A stretch of DNA of 64,000 bases from an uncultured Candidatus Saccharibacteria bacterium (GTDB taxonomy: Bacteria > Patescibacteriota > Minisyncoccia > Phycocordibacterales > UBA12088), in the NCBI GenBank assembly GCA_964562615.1, contig CAZLUD010000003.1, positions 2,885-66,884 on the forward strand. Direction: 5' to 3'. A program made the position numbers and the translations under genes. Below are positions 9,177 to 18,625 of the stretch, piece after piece. A model generated the notes under the pieces. The model had not been told where the DNA came from. It saw nothing but the letters and a program-made list of their open reading frames with translations, and did not search any database. How positions within the stretch are numbered: position 1 is the stretch's first letter; every line of letters starts with the position of its first letter.

Positions 9177-10223
9177 ATGCATCATCTCCTAGAGCGCCAA
9201 TTAAAAAAGTACGTAGATGCCAAGGTACAGATTCCTCAGGAGTGCATGCAACTACTTGAGGCGGTAAGTGCCACCTACGAAGGGTACGATCAAGACAGGC
9301 GACTACTCGACCACTCATTTGATATCAGCTCAAAAGAATTTTCTGAGCTACACACTAAAGTCCTTACGCTTCTCTCTGAGCTACAAGCTGAAAAGGAGAG
9401 TGTTGAAAATAAGGTGGTAGAACGTACGCATGAGCTTCATCAAAAAGTAGAAGAGCTTAATGCAAGTAATCAATTACTCTCACAACAAGAAGCGCTGTTG
9501 ACTGAAGCGAACACCAGACTATTGGAGCTCGATAAGGTAAAGTCTGAATTTATTTCTGTTGCGGCACATCAACTACGCACACCACTCTCTGCTATTAAGT
9601 GGGCTCTCTCGCTTATGTGCGATGATTCTTCTGAAAACCTCACCATTGATCAGCGAAGCCTAATTCTTAAAGCATACGCAAGTACCGAGCGAACCATAAA
9701 CCTTATCAATAAAATGCTCGTGGTTACTCGAATAGAATCAGGAAAGCTCGAGTACGAACTTGCCCTTGTTCATATTGAGCATGTTATCGAATCGGTGATT
9801 TTAGATTTTGCTGGGTACGTGGCGCAGCATCAGGTAACACTTCATTTTGAGCCGCCACAAGAAGTGTTGCCGCCAGTAAAAATTGACTCAGAAAAAATAC
9901 GCGCCGTACTACAGAATTTAATAGAAAACGCACTCTCGTATACCAAAGCAGGGGGGAGTGTGGTGGTGCGAGCTCGTCATGAAGATGATCGAATTATGGT
10001 GTCAGTTAGCGATACAGGGATTGGTATACCCGAACATCAAAAAACCGCCATATTTACAAAGTTTTTCAGAGCAGATAACGCGCTCAAGGCTAAAACAGAT
10101 GGAACAGGACTCGGGCTATTTGTTGCAAAAAATATAATAGATAAACACGGTGGAGCAATCGCATTTGAAAGTGAAGAAGGCGAGGGTACCACTTTTTATT
10201 TTTCGCTACCAATTCCACGCTAG
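9177..10223 (+). CDS. Sensor histidine kinase (HisKA + HATPase)
   Basis: AAHQLRTPL H-box, NLIENA N-box, DTGIGI, GTGLGL. Start placed at ATG 2 nt after the FIST stop. Confidence 0.93.
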   Translation: MHHLLERQLKKYVDAKVQIPQECMQLLEAVSATYEGYDQDRRLLDHSFDISSKEFSELHTKVLTLLSELQAEKESVENKVVERTHELHQKVEELNASNQLLSQQEALLTEANTRLLELDKVKSEFISVAAHQLRTPLSAIKWALSLMCDDSSENLTIDQRSLILKAYASTERTINLINKMLVVTRIESGKLEYELALVHIEHVIESVILDFAGYVAQHQVTLHFEPPQEVLPPVKIDSEKIRAVLQNLIENALSYTKAGGSVVVRARHEDDRIMVSVSDTGIGIPEHQKTAIFTKFFRADNALKAKTDGTGLGLFVAKNIIDKHGGAIAFESEEGEGTTFYFSLPIPR

Positions 10224-10291
10224 TCACATAATGACTCTCACAGTGTGTGGGTAATTGATGGTATACTTTCACAAAGCGACATAACAACACT

Positions 10292-11089
10292 ATGAAAAAA
10301 ATCCTTATCATTGAAGATGAAGAAGTGCTCGGTGAACTGCTTCGTGATCACCTTGTGAACGAAGGATACGAGACCTATTGGGAAAAAGACGGTGAAGCAG
10401 GAATCGATACGCTAAAGAAGATACACCCAGATGTGGTATTGCTTGATATGGTGATGCCAAAAATGAATGGATACGAAACATTAGAAAAAATTCGCGGTGA
10501 TGAAGAAATAAAAGAAGTGCCTGTTATTGTTATTTCTAATTCGGGACAACCAGTTGAGATACGACACATTTTAGATATGGGGGTGAAGGATTACATTATC
10601 AAGGCGCAGTTTAGTCCTGCAGAAGTGCTTGAAAAGGTGCACAAGTATATAACGCCTAACGCAGAAGCAAAAAGCACCACCACCTCATCATTGCTTTCAA
10701 ATCCAGTAGCACGATTGCTCATTGTTGAGGATGACCCGTTTCTTTCATCTATTGCAGCAATGCACCTAAAAAAGAAAGGTTGCTCTGTCACGGTAGCGGT
10801 TGATGGAGAAAACGCTCTCGCATTACTTGAGAAGGAGATACCAGATCTTATACTTCTTGATATCATCATGCCCGGCATAAGTGGTATTGATGTCTTAAAG
10901 AAAATAAAAGCAGATTCGCGGTACAAGGATGTATCAGTCATTATGTTTTCTAACTTAGGGCAAGAGCATGAAATTGAGGAGTGCACCAACGCAGGAGCAG
11001 AAGATTTTTTGATAAAAGCTATGGTTACCCCACAAGAAGTTCTTGATCGAGTTCTCGCCATTTTAAAGAGAAAAGGGAAGCTACAATAG
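10292..11089 (+). CDS. Response regulator with two tandem receiver domains and no output domain
   Basis: Two ILI(I/V)ED...LLD-x-x-MP...IK repeats. Confidence 0.9.
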   Translation: MKKILIIEDEEVLGELLRDHLVNEGYETYWEKDGEAGIDTLKKIHPDVVLLDMVMPKMNGYETLEKIRGDEEIKEVPVIVISNSGQPVEIRHILDMGVKDYIIKAQFSPAEVLEKVHKYITPNAEAKSTTTSSLLSNPVARLLIVEDDPFLSSIAAMHLKKKGCSVTVAVDGENALALLEKEIPDLILLDIIMPGISGIDVLKKIKADSRYKDVSVIMFSNLGQEHEIEECTNAGAEDFLIKAMVTPQEVLDRVLAILKRKGKLQ

Positions 11090-11199
11090 CTCTATTGTTG
11101 TGGCGCTTTGACAGATAATGATATTTCTATACTCTCTGCGGTAGAGCCTCCCCGTGGTGGGTGGGGCATTGTGGCAAATAGCCACATGATGGAGTAGTC

Positions 11200-13131
11200 A
11201 TGACAGAGGGTAGAAATGATTTCGCGGCACTTATCGAGCTCGATCGCCAGGAACGGCAGAAGAAGCACTGGCGTGGCACGCTCCTTGACTATCTGGATCT
11301 CGTCAAGGCGAACCCACGGCTCGCCGATTTCTCGCACAAGCGCATGTACGACATGATCATCGATCGCGGCACGGAGAGTGTCGACGTCGAGGCCGACCCG
11401 CGCGCCAAGCGTGTCTTCGGTGATCAGAGCCCGAAGACGTACGGGTTCTTCAAGGACGAGTTCTTCGGCATGGAACGCACGCTCGACAAGATCGTGCGCT
11501 ACTTCCACTCGTCCGCCATGGGCGGCGAGGAAGCTCGCCAAGTCCTCTATCTGATGGGGCCGGTCGGCTCGGGAAAGAGCTCTCTCGTTGACCGCCTCAA
11601 GCGTGGCCTCGAGGATCTCGACCCGATCTATGTGATCGAAGGCTCTCCGAACTACTCAAGCCCGCTCTGCCTTATCCCGCGCCACTTACGCGGCGCGTTT
11701 GAGGAGATGCTGGGCGTGCGAATAGAGGGTGACATCGACCCGATCACCAGACATCGCCTGATGAACGAGTTCGGCGGTCAGTACGAGAAGATGCCGGTTT
11801 GCACGATGTCCTTCTCGATACGAGCCAGGAAGGGTGTCGGTGTCGTCCCCCCGGTCGACCCGAACAACCAGGACACCTCGGTCCTGATCGGCTCGGAGGA
11901 TATCAGCAAGCTCGACCGCTTCTCAGAGGGTGATCCGCGGGTATTGGAGCTGAGTGGCGCCTTCAACGTCGGTAATCGCGGCATGGTGGAGTTCATCGAG
12001 GTCTTCAAGAACGAGACCGAATATCTTCACACCATGATCACGGCGACGCAGGAGAAGATGGTTCCTGCACCTGGTCGCCATGGCACCATCTACGTCGACA
12101 CCGTGATCGTCGCACACAGCAACGAGGCGGAGTGGCAACGATTCAAGGCCGACCACACCAACGAGGCGATTCTTGATCGTATCGTCGTCGTCAAGGTGCC
12201 CTACAATCTCCGCCTCTCGGAGGAGGTGAAGATCTATCGGAAGTTCCTCAAGCGTTCCCGCTTCGACCTCAAGATCTCGCCGCATACGCTCGAGATCGCG
12301 TCGATGTTCGCGATCCTGACACGGCTCGAGCCAACGGGAAAATGCGATCTCCTCACCAAGCTCAAGATCTACAATGGTGAGGAGGTCCTCGAAAAGGGTA
12401 GACCAAAGAAGATCACGGCGCACGAGCTTCGTGACGACATCAAGCGAGAGGGGCTCTTTGGCATCAGCACGCGCTTCGTCATGAAGGCCCTCGACACGGC
12501 CCTCACGCAGAACGGTGGGTCTATTCATCCCATCAATGTGCGCGAGGCGCTCATTGGCATGGTCAAGGAGACCGACCTGCCGGAGGACACGAAACGGCAG
12601 CATCTGGAGTTCCTCCAGGACACGCTCCACAAGGTCTACCTCGAGCTGCTAGAGAAGGACATCACCAAGGCGTTTGTCTTTAGCTTCAAGGATCAAGCGG
12701 AGACACTCTTCCAGAACTACCTCGACAATGCCGAGGCCTACGTGACCAAGACCAAGGTCAAGGATCACGTGACCAAGGAGGAGATGCAGCCCGACGAGGG
12801 GTTCCTCAAATCCATCGAGGAGCAGATCGCGATTATCGGCCCGGCTGCCGACGGCTTTCGCCAAGAGGTGATCGCATACCTCTGGTCCGGCATGCGTCGT
12901 GGTGAGACGCTGAGCTACTCCGCCTACGAGCCCTTGAAAGAGGCCATCGAAAAGAAGCTGATGAACTCGGTCCGTGACATCAGCCGCATCATCACCAAGT
13001 CGCGCACCCGTGACGAGGAGCAGCGGCAAAAGTACTCGGCGATGGTCGAGAATCTCCTCGAGCAGGGGTACAACGAGGAGAGCATCGACACAGTGCTGAA
13101 GTATGCCGCTAACCATCTCTGGAAGGACTGA
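11200..13131 (+). CDS. prkA: PrkA/YeaG AAA+ serine protein kinase family
   Basis: GPVGSGKS Walker A, NQDTSVLIG, NRGMVEFIEVFK, AHSNEAEW; SD GGAG upstream. Confidence 0.95.
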   Translation: MTEGRNDFAALIELDRQERQKKHWRGTLLDYLDLVKANPRLADFSHKRMYDMIIDRGTESVDVEADPRAKRVFGDQSPKTYGFFKDEFFGMERTLDKIVRYFHSSAMGGEEARQVLYLMGPVGSGKSSLVDRLKRGLEDLDPIYVIEGSPNYSSPLCLIPRHLRGAFEEMLGVRIEGDIDPITRHRLMNEFGGQYEKMPVCTMSFSIRARKGVGVVPPVDPNNQDTSVLIGSEDISKLDRFSEGDPRVLELSGAFNVGNRGMVEFIEVFKNETEYLHTMITATQEKMVPAPGRHGTIYVDTVIVAHSNEAEWQRFKADHTNEAILDRIVVVKVPYNLRLSEEVKIYRKFLKRSRFDLKISPHTLEIASMFAILTRLEPTGKCDLLTKLKIYNGEEVLEKGRPKKITAHELRDDIKREGLFGISTRFVMKALDTALTQNGGSIHPINVREALIGMVKETDLPEDTKRQHLEFLQDTLHKVYLELLEKDITKAFVFSFKDQAETLFQNYLDNAEAYVTKTKVKDHVTKEEMQPDEGFLKSIEEQIAIIGPAADGFRQEVIAYLWSGMRRGETLSYSAYEPLKEAIEKKLMNSVRDISRIITKSRTRDEEQRQKYSAMVENLLEQGYNEESIDTVLKYAANHLWKD

Positions 13132-13235
13132 TTGATGATCAGTCCTTTCCAACAACAACAATTTTTTTATAGATTATTGAGACGTGAAAAGTCTCGATGG
13201 TCAGGGCGGGGTATAAAAATACCTCGCTAGCAAAC

Positions 13236-13265
13236 TGAGCCATACAAGGAAACTTGTATGGCTCA
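13236..13265. terminator. Strong hairpin between prkA and the yeaH-like gene
   Basis: TGAGCCATACAAG-GAAA-CTTGTATGGCTCA. Confidence 0.6.
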
Positions 13266-13330
13266 CATTCTTGTCATTTTTTTATAAAGATATATGCTCA
13301 AAAAAGTTGAACCACATGTGGGGGTTGCAC

Positions 13331-14533
13331 ATGACTACGGTCTTTCGACCTTACAACGAGACGGAAGCACTGCGATCTGATCGCAGTGCAGGTGATCGCA
13401 AGCGCCATCGCGAGAAGCTGCGGCGCTCGCTTAAGGACAACATTGCCGACATCATCGCCGAGGAGAGCATCATCGGCCGAGATCGAGACAAGGTGATCAA
13501 GGTGCCGATCCGTGGTGTGAAGGAGTATCGCTTCACCTTCGGCAACAATTCAGGCAGTGTCGGTGTTGGCGATGGGAATACAGAAGTTGGGGATATCGTC
13601 GGCCCTGCCGGACAGGGCGAGAAGGGTCAAGGGCCGGCCAGCAATCATCCGGGTCAGGATATCTACGAGACGGAGATCACGATCGACGAGCTGATCGACA
13701 TCATGTTCGAGGATCTGGAACTCCCCGATATGGAGCGGAAGATCCTCAAGGAGGCCCTCGCTGAGCGGACGAGTAAGCGCAAGGGTTACCGCAAGGCCGG
13801 CATTCGTGTGCATCTCGATCGCAAACGTACCATCAAGTCGAAGATTAGGCGGCGGATCGCTCAGGGCCTGCCACTCGTTGATAGTGAGGACGAGACCGAT
13901 TTGCCCGAACATGATGAACGCGAGACCAGCTTTCCTTTTCGCAAGGAGGATCTGACTTACCGCCGTCTGGTCGACGAGCCGCGCGAGGAAAGCAACGCGG
14001 TCGTCATCTGCATCATGGACACGTCGGGCTCGATGGACCGCTTGAAGAAGTATCTGGCCCGAAGCTTCTTCTTTCTGCTCTACCAATTCGTCCGCACGCG
14101 TTATGATCAGGTGAAGATCGTCTTTGTTGCACATCAAAGCGAAGCCGCCGAGGTGACGGAGGACGAGTTCTTTCACAAGGGCGAGTCCGGCGGCACGCTG
14201 ATATCGTCGGGCTACAAGAAGGCGCTCGAGGTAATAGAGCAGCGATTTCACCCGGAGCATTGGAATATCTATGCATTCCACTGCTCGGATGGCGATAATT
14301 TTGGGAGTGACAACGAGGAGACGCTTGCGTGCGCCCAGCAGCTCTGCGACGTCACCAACCTCTTCGGCTATGGCGAAATCAAGCCGATTGGCGGCAACTA
14401 CCATGAGAGCTCGATGCTCGAGCGCTTCCGTCAGATGTGCCGCGACAATTTCCATACCGCGCTGATCAAGCGACGCGAGGATATCTGGCCGGCCTTCGCC
14501 AACCTCATGAAGAAGGATAAAACTAATTACTAA
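13331..14533 (+). CDS. YeaH/YhbH (DUF444, vWA-like) family protein
   Basis: DRKRHREK, MDTSGSM, ESGGTLISS, WNIYAFHCSDGDN; lies between prkA and spoVR. Confidence 0.93.
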   Translation: MTTVFRPYNETEALRSDRSAGDRKRHREKLRRSLKDNIADIIAEESIIGRDRDKVIKVPIRGVKEYRFTFGNNSGSVGVGDGNTEVGDIVGPAGQGEKGQGPASNHPGQDIYETEITIDELIDIMFEDLELPDMERKILKEALAERTSKRKGYRKAGIRVHLDRKRTIKSKIRRRIAQGLPLVDSEDETDLPEHDERETSFPFRKEDLTYRRLVDEPREESNAVVICIMDTSGSMDRLKKYLARSFFFLLYQFVRTRYDQVKIVFVAHQSEAAEVTEDEFFHKGESGGTLISSGYKKALEVIEQRFHPEHWNIYAFHCSDGDNFGSDNEETLACAQQLCDVTNLFGYGEIKPIGGNYHESSMLERFRQMCRDNFHTALIKRREDIWPAFANLMKKDKTNY

Positions 14534-14550
14534 TTGAGGGCAATGCCTCG

Positions 14551-14584
14551 AAGCCGTGCGTGGTACGCACGGCTTTTCTTTTTA
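14551..14584 (+). terminator. Intrinsic terminator after the yeaH-like gene
   Basis: AAGCCGTGCGT-GGT-ACGCACGGCTT plus T-rich tail. Confidence 0.75.
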
Positions 14585-14648
14585 TATTTTTGCTATACAG
14601 TGCCGAAAGAAGCCCACTCATGATGAGTGGGTAAAAAGGAGAGTTGTA

Positions 14649-16049
14649 ATGTCTGAATGGAGCTTAGAGGACCTCGAGCGATGGGACGAGCGGATCCAGG
14701 TGAAGGTGGCCAACTACGGGCTCGATTGCTATCCTCAGGAGTTTGAGGTCTGCGATCAGAATGCCATGCTCGGCTACATGGCCTATCACGGCATGCCATC
14801 GCACTACCCGCACTGGTCCTATGGCAAGGCATACGAGCAACAGAAGACCATGTACGACTACGGGGTCACGGGCCTCCCGTATGAGCTGGTCATCAACTCC
14901 GACCCTTGCCTTGCCTACCTCATGCGCGACAACAGTCTGTGCCTACAGATCCTGACGATCGCTCATGTGTACGGGCACAACGACTTCTTCAAGAACAACT
15001 TCACCTTCACCAGCGCCACGCGCGCCAGCGAGACGATTGCATCCTTCAAGACCAGGGCCGATCGGATCCGCCGCTACATGAAGGATCCATCGATTGGCGC
15101 TGATGCGGTCGAGCGCTTCCTCGATGCGGCGCATGCCCTTGCATTCAACCGCACGCGGAACCTGGCGATCAAGAAGCTCGATGCCGAGGGTCAACGCGAG
15201 CGGCTGCGGGATCTTGCTGAGCCAAGGCGCGATCCGTTTGCTGCGATCCACAAAACCGCGGTGCATAACCCGCCCGATCTCTCTTGCTTCCCACTAGAAC
15301 CCGATCAGGACATTCTCTTGTTCGTCCGCGACAACAACAAGGATCTGGCCGCCTGGCAGCGGGACATCCTCACCATCGTAGACGAGGAGACCTGCTACTT
15401 CCTCCCTCAGATTGATACAAAGATCATGAACGAGGGCTGGGCCAGTTTCTGGCACCACAAGCTCATGAACGCGATCGATCTACCGCCCGAGATCCACATG
15501 GAGTTTCTGGTCCGCCACAACCAGGTGGTCTGCCCACATCCAGGCGGCCTCAATCCGTACCATGTTGGCTTTGTCATCTGGTCTGCCCTCGAAAAACGCT
15601 TCGGCGGGGTCGAGTCGAAGGACTGCGTCGCGAATCTCATGCAGATCCGCGAGGCGGAGCGCGATGTCTCGTTCCTGCGTCGTTTTCTCACGCCTGAACT
15701 GATGCATGAACTTGACCTCTTTGCCTACAGACCTCAAGGTGAACACCTCGTCGTGACTGAGGTGAGCGATAAAGATGATTGGGAGCATGTTAAGAACCAG
15801 CTACTCGCGCAGATCGGCTCGAACAGCTTCCCTGTCATCAAGATCGTTGATGCAAATAGTGAGGGGAAGGGTATCCTTCATCTCACTCACGAGCATGATG
15901 GCCGAGATCTCGATGTTACATCTGCAATAAAGACTCTGGTCCATCTTGAGACTTTGTGGGGTAGGGATGTCAGTCTTTTGACATGCATCGGTGCGTCTAA
16001 GAAGAAGATAAAAGTACACAGAGGAGATTCCGAAGTCAAAAACGCTTAG
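14649..16049 (+). CDS. spoVR: SpoVR/YcgB family protein
   Basis: HWSYGK, YELVINS, AHVYGHNDFFKNN, TKIMNEGWASFWH, NPYHVG; SD AAGGAG before ATG 14649. Confidence 0.93.
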   Translation: MSEWSLEDLERWDERIQVKVANYGLDCYPQEFEVCDQNAMLGYMAYHGMPSHYPHWSYGKAYEQQKTMYDYGVTGLPYELVINSDPCLAYLMRDNSLCLQILTIAHVYGHNDFFKNNFTFTSATRASETIASFKTRADRIRRYMKDPSIGADAVERFLDAAHALAFNRTRNLAIKKLDAEGQRERLRDLAEPRRDPFAAIHKTAVHNPPDLSCFPLEPDQDILLFVRDNNKDLAAWQRDILTIVDEETCYFLPQIDTKIMNEGWASFWHHKLMNAIDLPPEIHMEFLVRHNQVVCPHPGGLNPYHVGFVIWSALEKRFGGVESKDCVANLMQIREAERDVSFLRRFLTPELMHELDLFAYRPQGEHLVVTEVSDKDDWEHVKNQLLAQIGSNSFPVIKIVDANSEGKGILHLTHEHDGRDLDVTSAIKTLVHLETLWGRDVSLLTCIGASKKKIKVHRGDSEVKNA

Positions 16050-16054
16050 GTGGC

Positions 16055-16086
16055 CGCCCGCTCTTGTGAGCGGGCGTTTCCTTTTT
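16055..16086 (+). terminator. Intrinsic terminator after spoVR
   Basis: CGCCCGCTC-TTGT-GAGCGGGCG plus T-rich tail. Confidence 0.75.
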
Positions 16087-16144
16087 GTCTGGAGTCTGCT
16101 ATAAATCATAAGCGGTAGATGGTTGTGTATATAGTATTTTGCAT

Positions 16145-16217
16145 GGCGACTATGGTGTAATGGTCAACACAGGGGTTTGTGGAGCCCCTGATCTGGGTTC
16201 GATTCCCAGTAGTCGCC
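16145..16217 (+). tRNA. tRNA-His(GUG)
   Basis: G-1:C73 pair, GCGACTA/TAGTCGC acceptor, TTGTGGA anticodon loop, GGTTCGATTCC T-arm. Confidence 0.96.
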
Positions 16218-16455
16218 CAAATCGGCCGACCGAATACGCGAATGCGTTTCGGTCGTTGCCGTTTGGAGAGAGTACGGGAATCGAACGGCGGAGGCGGTCT
16301 ACGATTTTACGAAACAAAGTGCAGTAAAATTGTCGCCGAGCCGCGCCCAGCGTGCTTAGCCAAAATGGCTTAGCAAAAGCGGGGCGATTCCCAGTAGTCG
16401 CCCAAATCGGCCGACCGAATACGCGAATGCGTTTCGGTCGTTGCCGTTTGGAGAG
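16200..16455 (+). repeat. tRNA-His 3'-associated structured element; 71-bp direct repeat with 185-bp period
   Basis: 16200-16270 is identical to 16385-16455; antisense T-arm GGGAATCGAAC at 16276-16286. Confidence 0.9.
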
Positions 16456-16502
16456 GGGCAGTACATGATTACTATGATACCAGCCTCTGGTATAGTTACC
16501 TC

Positions 16503-17198
16503 ATGGAAGTCCCCACTACAAAAAATGAAAACAAAGAATCATTCTACTCTGCCATGGTATGGATTATTTCTGGCGTGGGACTTATCACGTACGGCACAAT
16601 GGGCGTACTTAGTGCTACTATCCCAGGAGTAGAAGAGCTTGTTGCGTACCTTTCAACCGCAAGCGGAACACACATATATATCGCTGCGTTTGTGTCTATT
16701 CTTATAGAGGGTACGTATCTTGTTGGTAATTTTTTCCCTGGAACAACTCTCATTGTTATTCTTACTATTCTCTCGCAAGTGAGTGGGGTCAGTGTATTTA
16801 TAGGAACCATCCTCTGTGTGTTGTTGGGGTGGTATACGGCGGGCGCAATCAATATCTATCTTGCAAAGACATATTACAAAAAAATGATTTCTCCAGTGGG
16901 ATCAGAGTCATCGCTGGTACACGATAGACTTTTTACTACATGGTTTCCTGCATTTAGAGCAAATTATGAAGTAGCCCAAATCACCGAAGGGGGAAGTGCG
17001 CGCGGTGTGTTTTTTTCATCACTTCGAGTAAAAACACTTGTTGTGGGGGTAGCAACAATAGGAGCACTGCTTGTGCCGTATGTATTAGATATCCACTCTA
17101 TTAGTAATGAAGAAGGGTTCCTCACTATTGCAGCAGTGGCTACTATTAGTATCGCCGTGGGGAGTTTTAAATTGTTTATGATATATAGACACGCGTGA
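16503..17198 (+). CDS. Membrane protein, DedA-like
   Basis: Several hydrophobic segments; LIEG...FFPG resembles the DedA motif. Confidence 0.6.
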   Translation: MEVPTTKNENKESFYSAMVWIISGVGLITYGTMGVLSATIPGVEELVAYLSTASGTHIYIAAFVSILIEGTYLVGNFFPGTTLIVILTILSQVSGVSVFIGTILCVLLGWYTAGAINIYLAKTYYKKMISPVGSESSLVHDRLFTTWFPAFRANYEVAQITEGGSARGVFFSSLRVKTLVVGVATIGALLVPYVLDIHSISNEEGFLTIAAVATISIAVGSFKLFMIYRHA

Positions 17199-17232
17199 GG
17201 TAACATTTAATATGCACATAGCAATGTAATGT

Positions 17233-17742
17233 ATGAGAATATCTATACCGTATTTTAAACAAGACACCGTATACACCTGTGGCGCCGCATCATTACAAAT
17301 GGCGCTTGCGTACTGGGGGATTGATGATAGTGAAAAACGGTTAGCAAAATGGATGGGTACTAACTACTCAGTTGGTACCCTACGTTCAGCTATGCAAGAA
17401 GAGGCAAGGCGTCACGGTCTGTATGCGTATGTAAATGAATCTGCACATATAGAAGAAATAGGATATTTTCTTCACAGAAAAATCCCCGTAATAGTGAGAT
17501 TTATTGAGCGTTCTCCATCACACGATGAGCACTATGCAGTAGTATCAGGGTATGGGCCAACCTACATCACGTTACGGGATCCGTGGCACGGTCCAAAAAT
17601 TCGCTACGAGCGAGAACATTTTATAGAAAAATGGAAAGGGCAAGGGATGGTTGCATGGCTTATGGCAGTAGCGCCATTTGATATGCAGTTTGGAAGGCAG
17701 CTTGGCCCGAAGCGCTCACACCGCACCTCATCAATTACCTAG
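17233..17742 (+). CDS. C39-like cysteine peptidase
   Basis: Q-x5-CGAASL, HYAVV, DPW catalytic pattern. Confidence 0.85.
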   Translation: MRISIPYFKQDTVYTCGAASLQMALAYWGIDDSEKRLAKWMGTNYSVGTLRSAMQEEARRHGLYAYVNESAHIEEIGYFLHRKIPVIVRFIERSPSHDEHYAVVSGYGPTYITLRDPWHGPKIRYEREHFIEKWKGQGMVAWLMAVAPFDMQFGRQLGPKRSHRTSSIT

Positions 17743-18142
17743 ATGTAAACGTAATGTGTTTATGAAGAAAAAAGGTACCAATACCTGTCACGATAGCTAA
17801 TAATGCTCGCGCGGCAAGCGGGTGAATGAGGGTGTATTCAGTAAGTAAGTGAATCACTCCAGTAACGGCAATAGCCCCACCTAATGCGATGAGTAAAAAT
17901 TTTGCGTATACGTACTTATTCTTTTCTTTTTTTCGTCGAGTGAAGGCAAAGTGCTTAGACACATAATAGTGCATAGATACTGCAATAAAAAAGGTAGGAC
18001 CAGTTGCATATAGATAGGGAATACCCAGGTAGTCTATAAGTATCCAAAGAGAGAAAAGTTCTAGGCTAAAAAGCGCCGTACCAGCAAGTGAGTAGGGGAT
18101 AAATGCCTCTTTATTCTTTTTAATAATTCGGCCTAACACCAT
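17735..18142 (-). CDS. GtrA-family small membrane protein
   Basis: Four TM segments, 135 aa, HYYVSKHFAF and FFLHKHITF patterns. Confidence 0.75.
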   Translation of the reverse strand: MVLGRIIKKNKEAFIPYSLAGTALFSLELFSLWILIDYLGIPYLYATGPTFFIAVSMHYYVSKHFAFTRRKKEKNKYVYAKFLLIALGGAIAVTGVIHLLTEYTLIHPLAARALLAIVTGIGTFFLHKHITFTSR

Positions 18143-18201
18143 AGATGCAATAGTAATAATATGCTACTATCGAGGCAAATTAATAGCTAGCACAGTAGTA
18201 C

Positions 18202-18573
18202 ATGATTGATGAATTCAAGAAGTTTGCAATGAGAGGTAATGTTATAGACTTGGCAGTCGGTGTAGTCATCGGCGGCGCTTTTGGAAAAATAGTCGATTCA
18301 CTAGTAGGAGATATTTTAATGCCAATTGTTGGGGTACTCACGGGCGGGATTAACTTTAGCGGACTTTCATTTACTGTTGGATCTGCAACGCTTGCGTACG
18401 GTAAGTTTATCCAAGCGACTATCGTGTTTGTAATTGTGGCATTTGCGTTGTTTGTGCTTATAAAAGCAATAAACACCATGAAGAAAAAAGAGGATGAAGC
18501 ACCTCATGCACCAGCAAAGCCAAGCGCAGAGGTGGAGCTTTTGACACAAATCCGAGATTCACTCAAAAAGTAG
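18202..18573 (+). CDS. mscL: Large-conductance mechanosensitive channel
   Basis: [31 protein letters not shown]. Confidence 0.97.
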   Translation: MIDEFKKFAMRGNVIDLAVGVVIGGAFGKIVDSLVGDILMPIVGVLTGGINFSGLSFTVGSATLAYGKFIQATIVFVIVAFALFVLIKAINTMKKKEDEAPHAPAKPSAEVELLTQIRDSLKK

Positions 18574-18625
18574 TCTATACACAGCGCACACATAGAGCAT
18601 TACGATTGTTTGCTATACTGTGTGT

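Noticed and set aside
11092-16109. Long antisense ORFs (11923-12630, 12649-13161, 13550-14455 and others)
   Set aside because: Shadow frames of GC-rich genes that have clear family motifs on the + strand.
11200-16217. prkA block as an island integrated at tRNA-His
   Set aside because: It lies 5' of the tRNA, and I found no tRNA fragment or integrase at its other border.
16200-16455. CRISPR array or prophage attL/attR
   Set aside because: Only two repeat copies, derived from the tRNA and 185 bp apart; no cas, integrase or phage genes. Kept as a tRNA-associated element instead.
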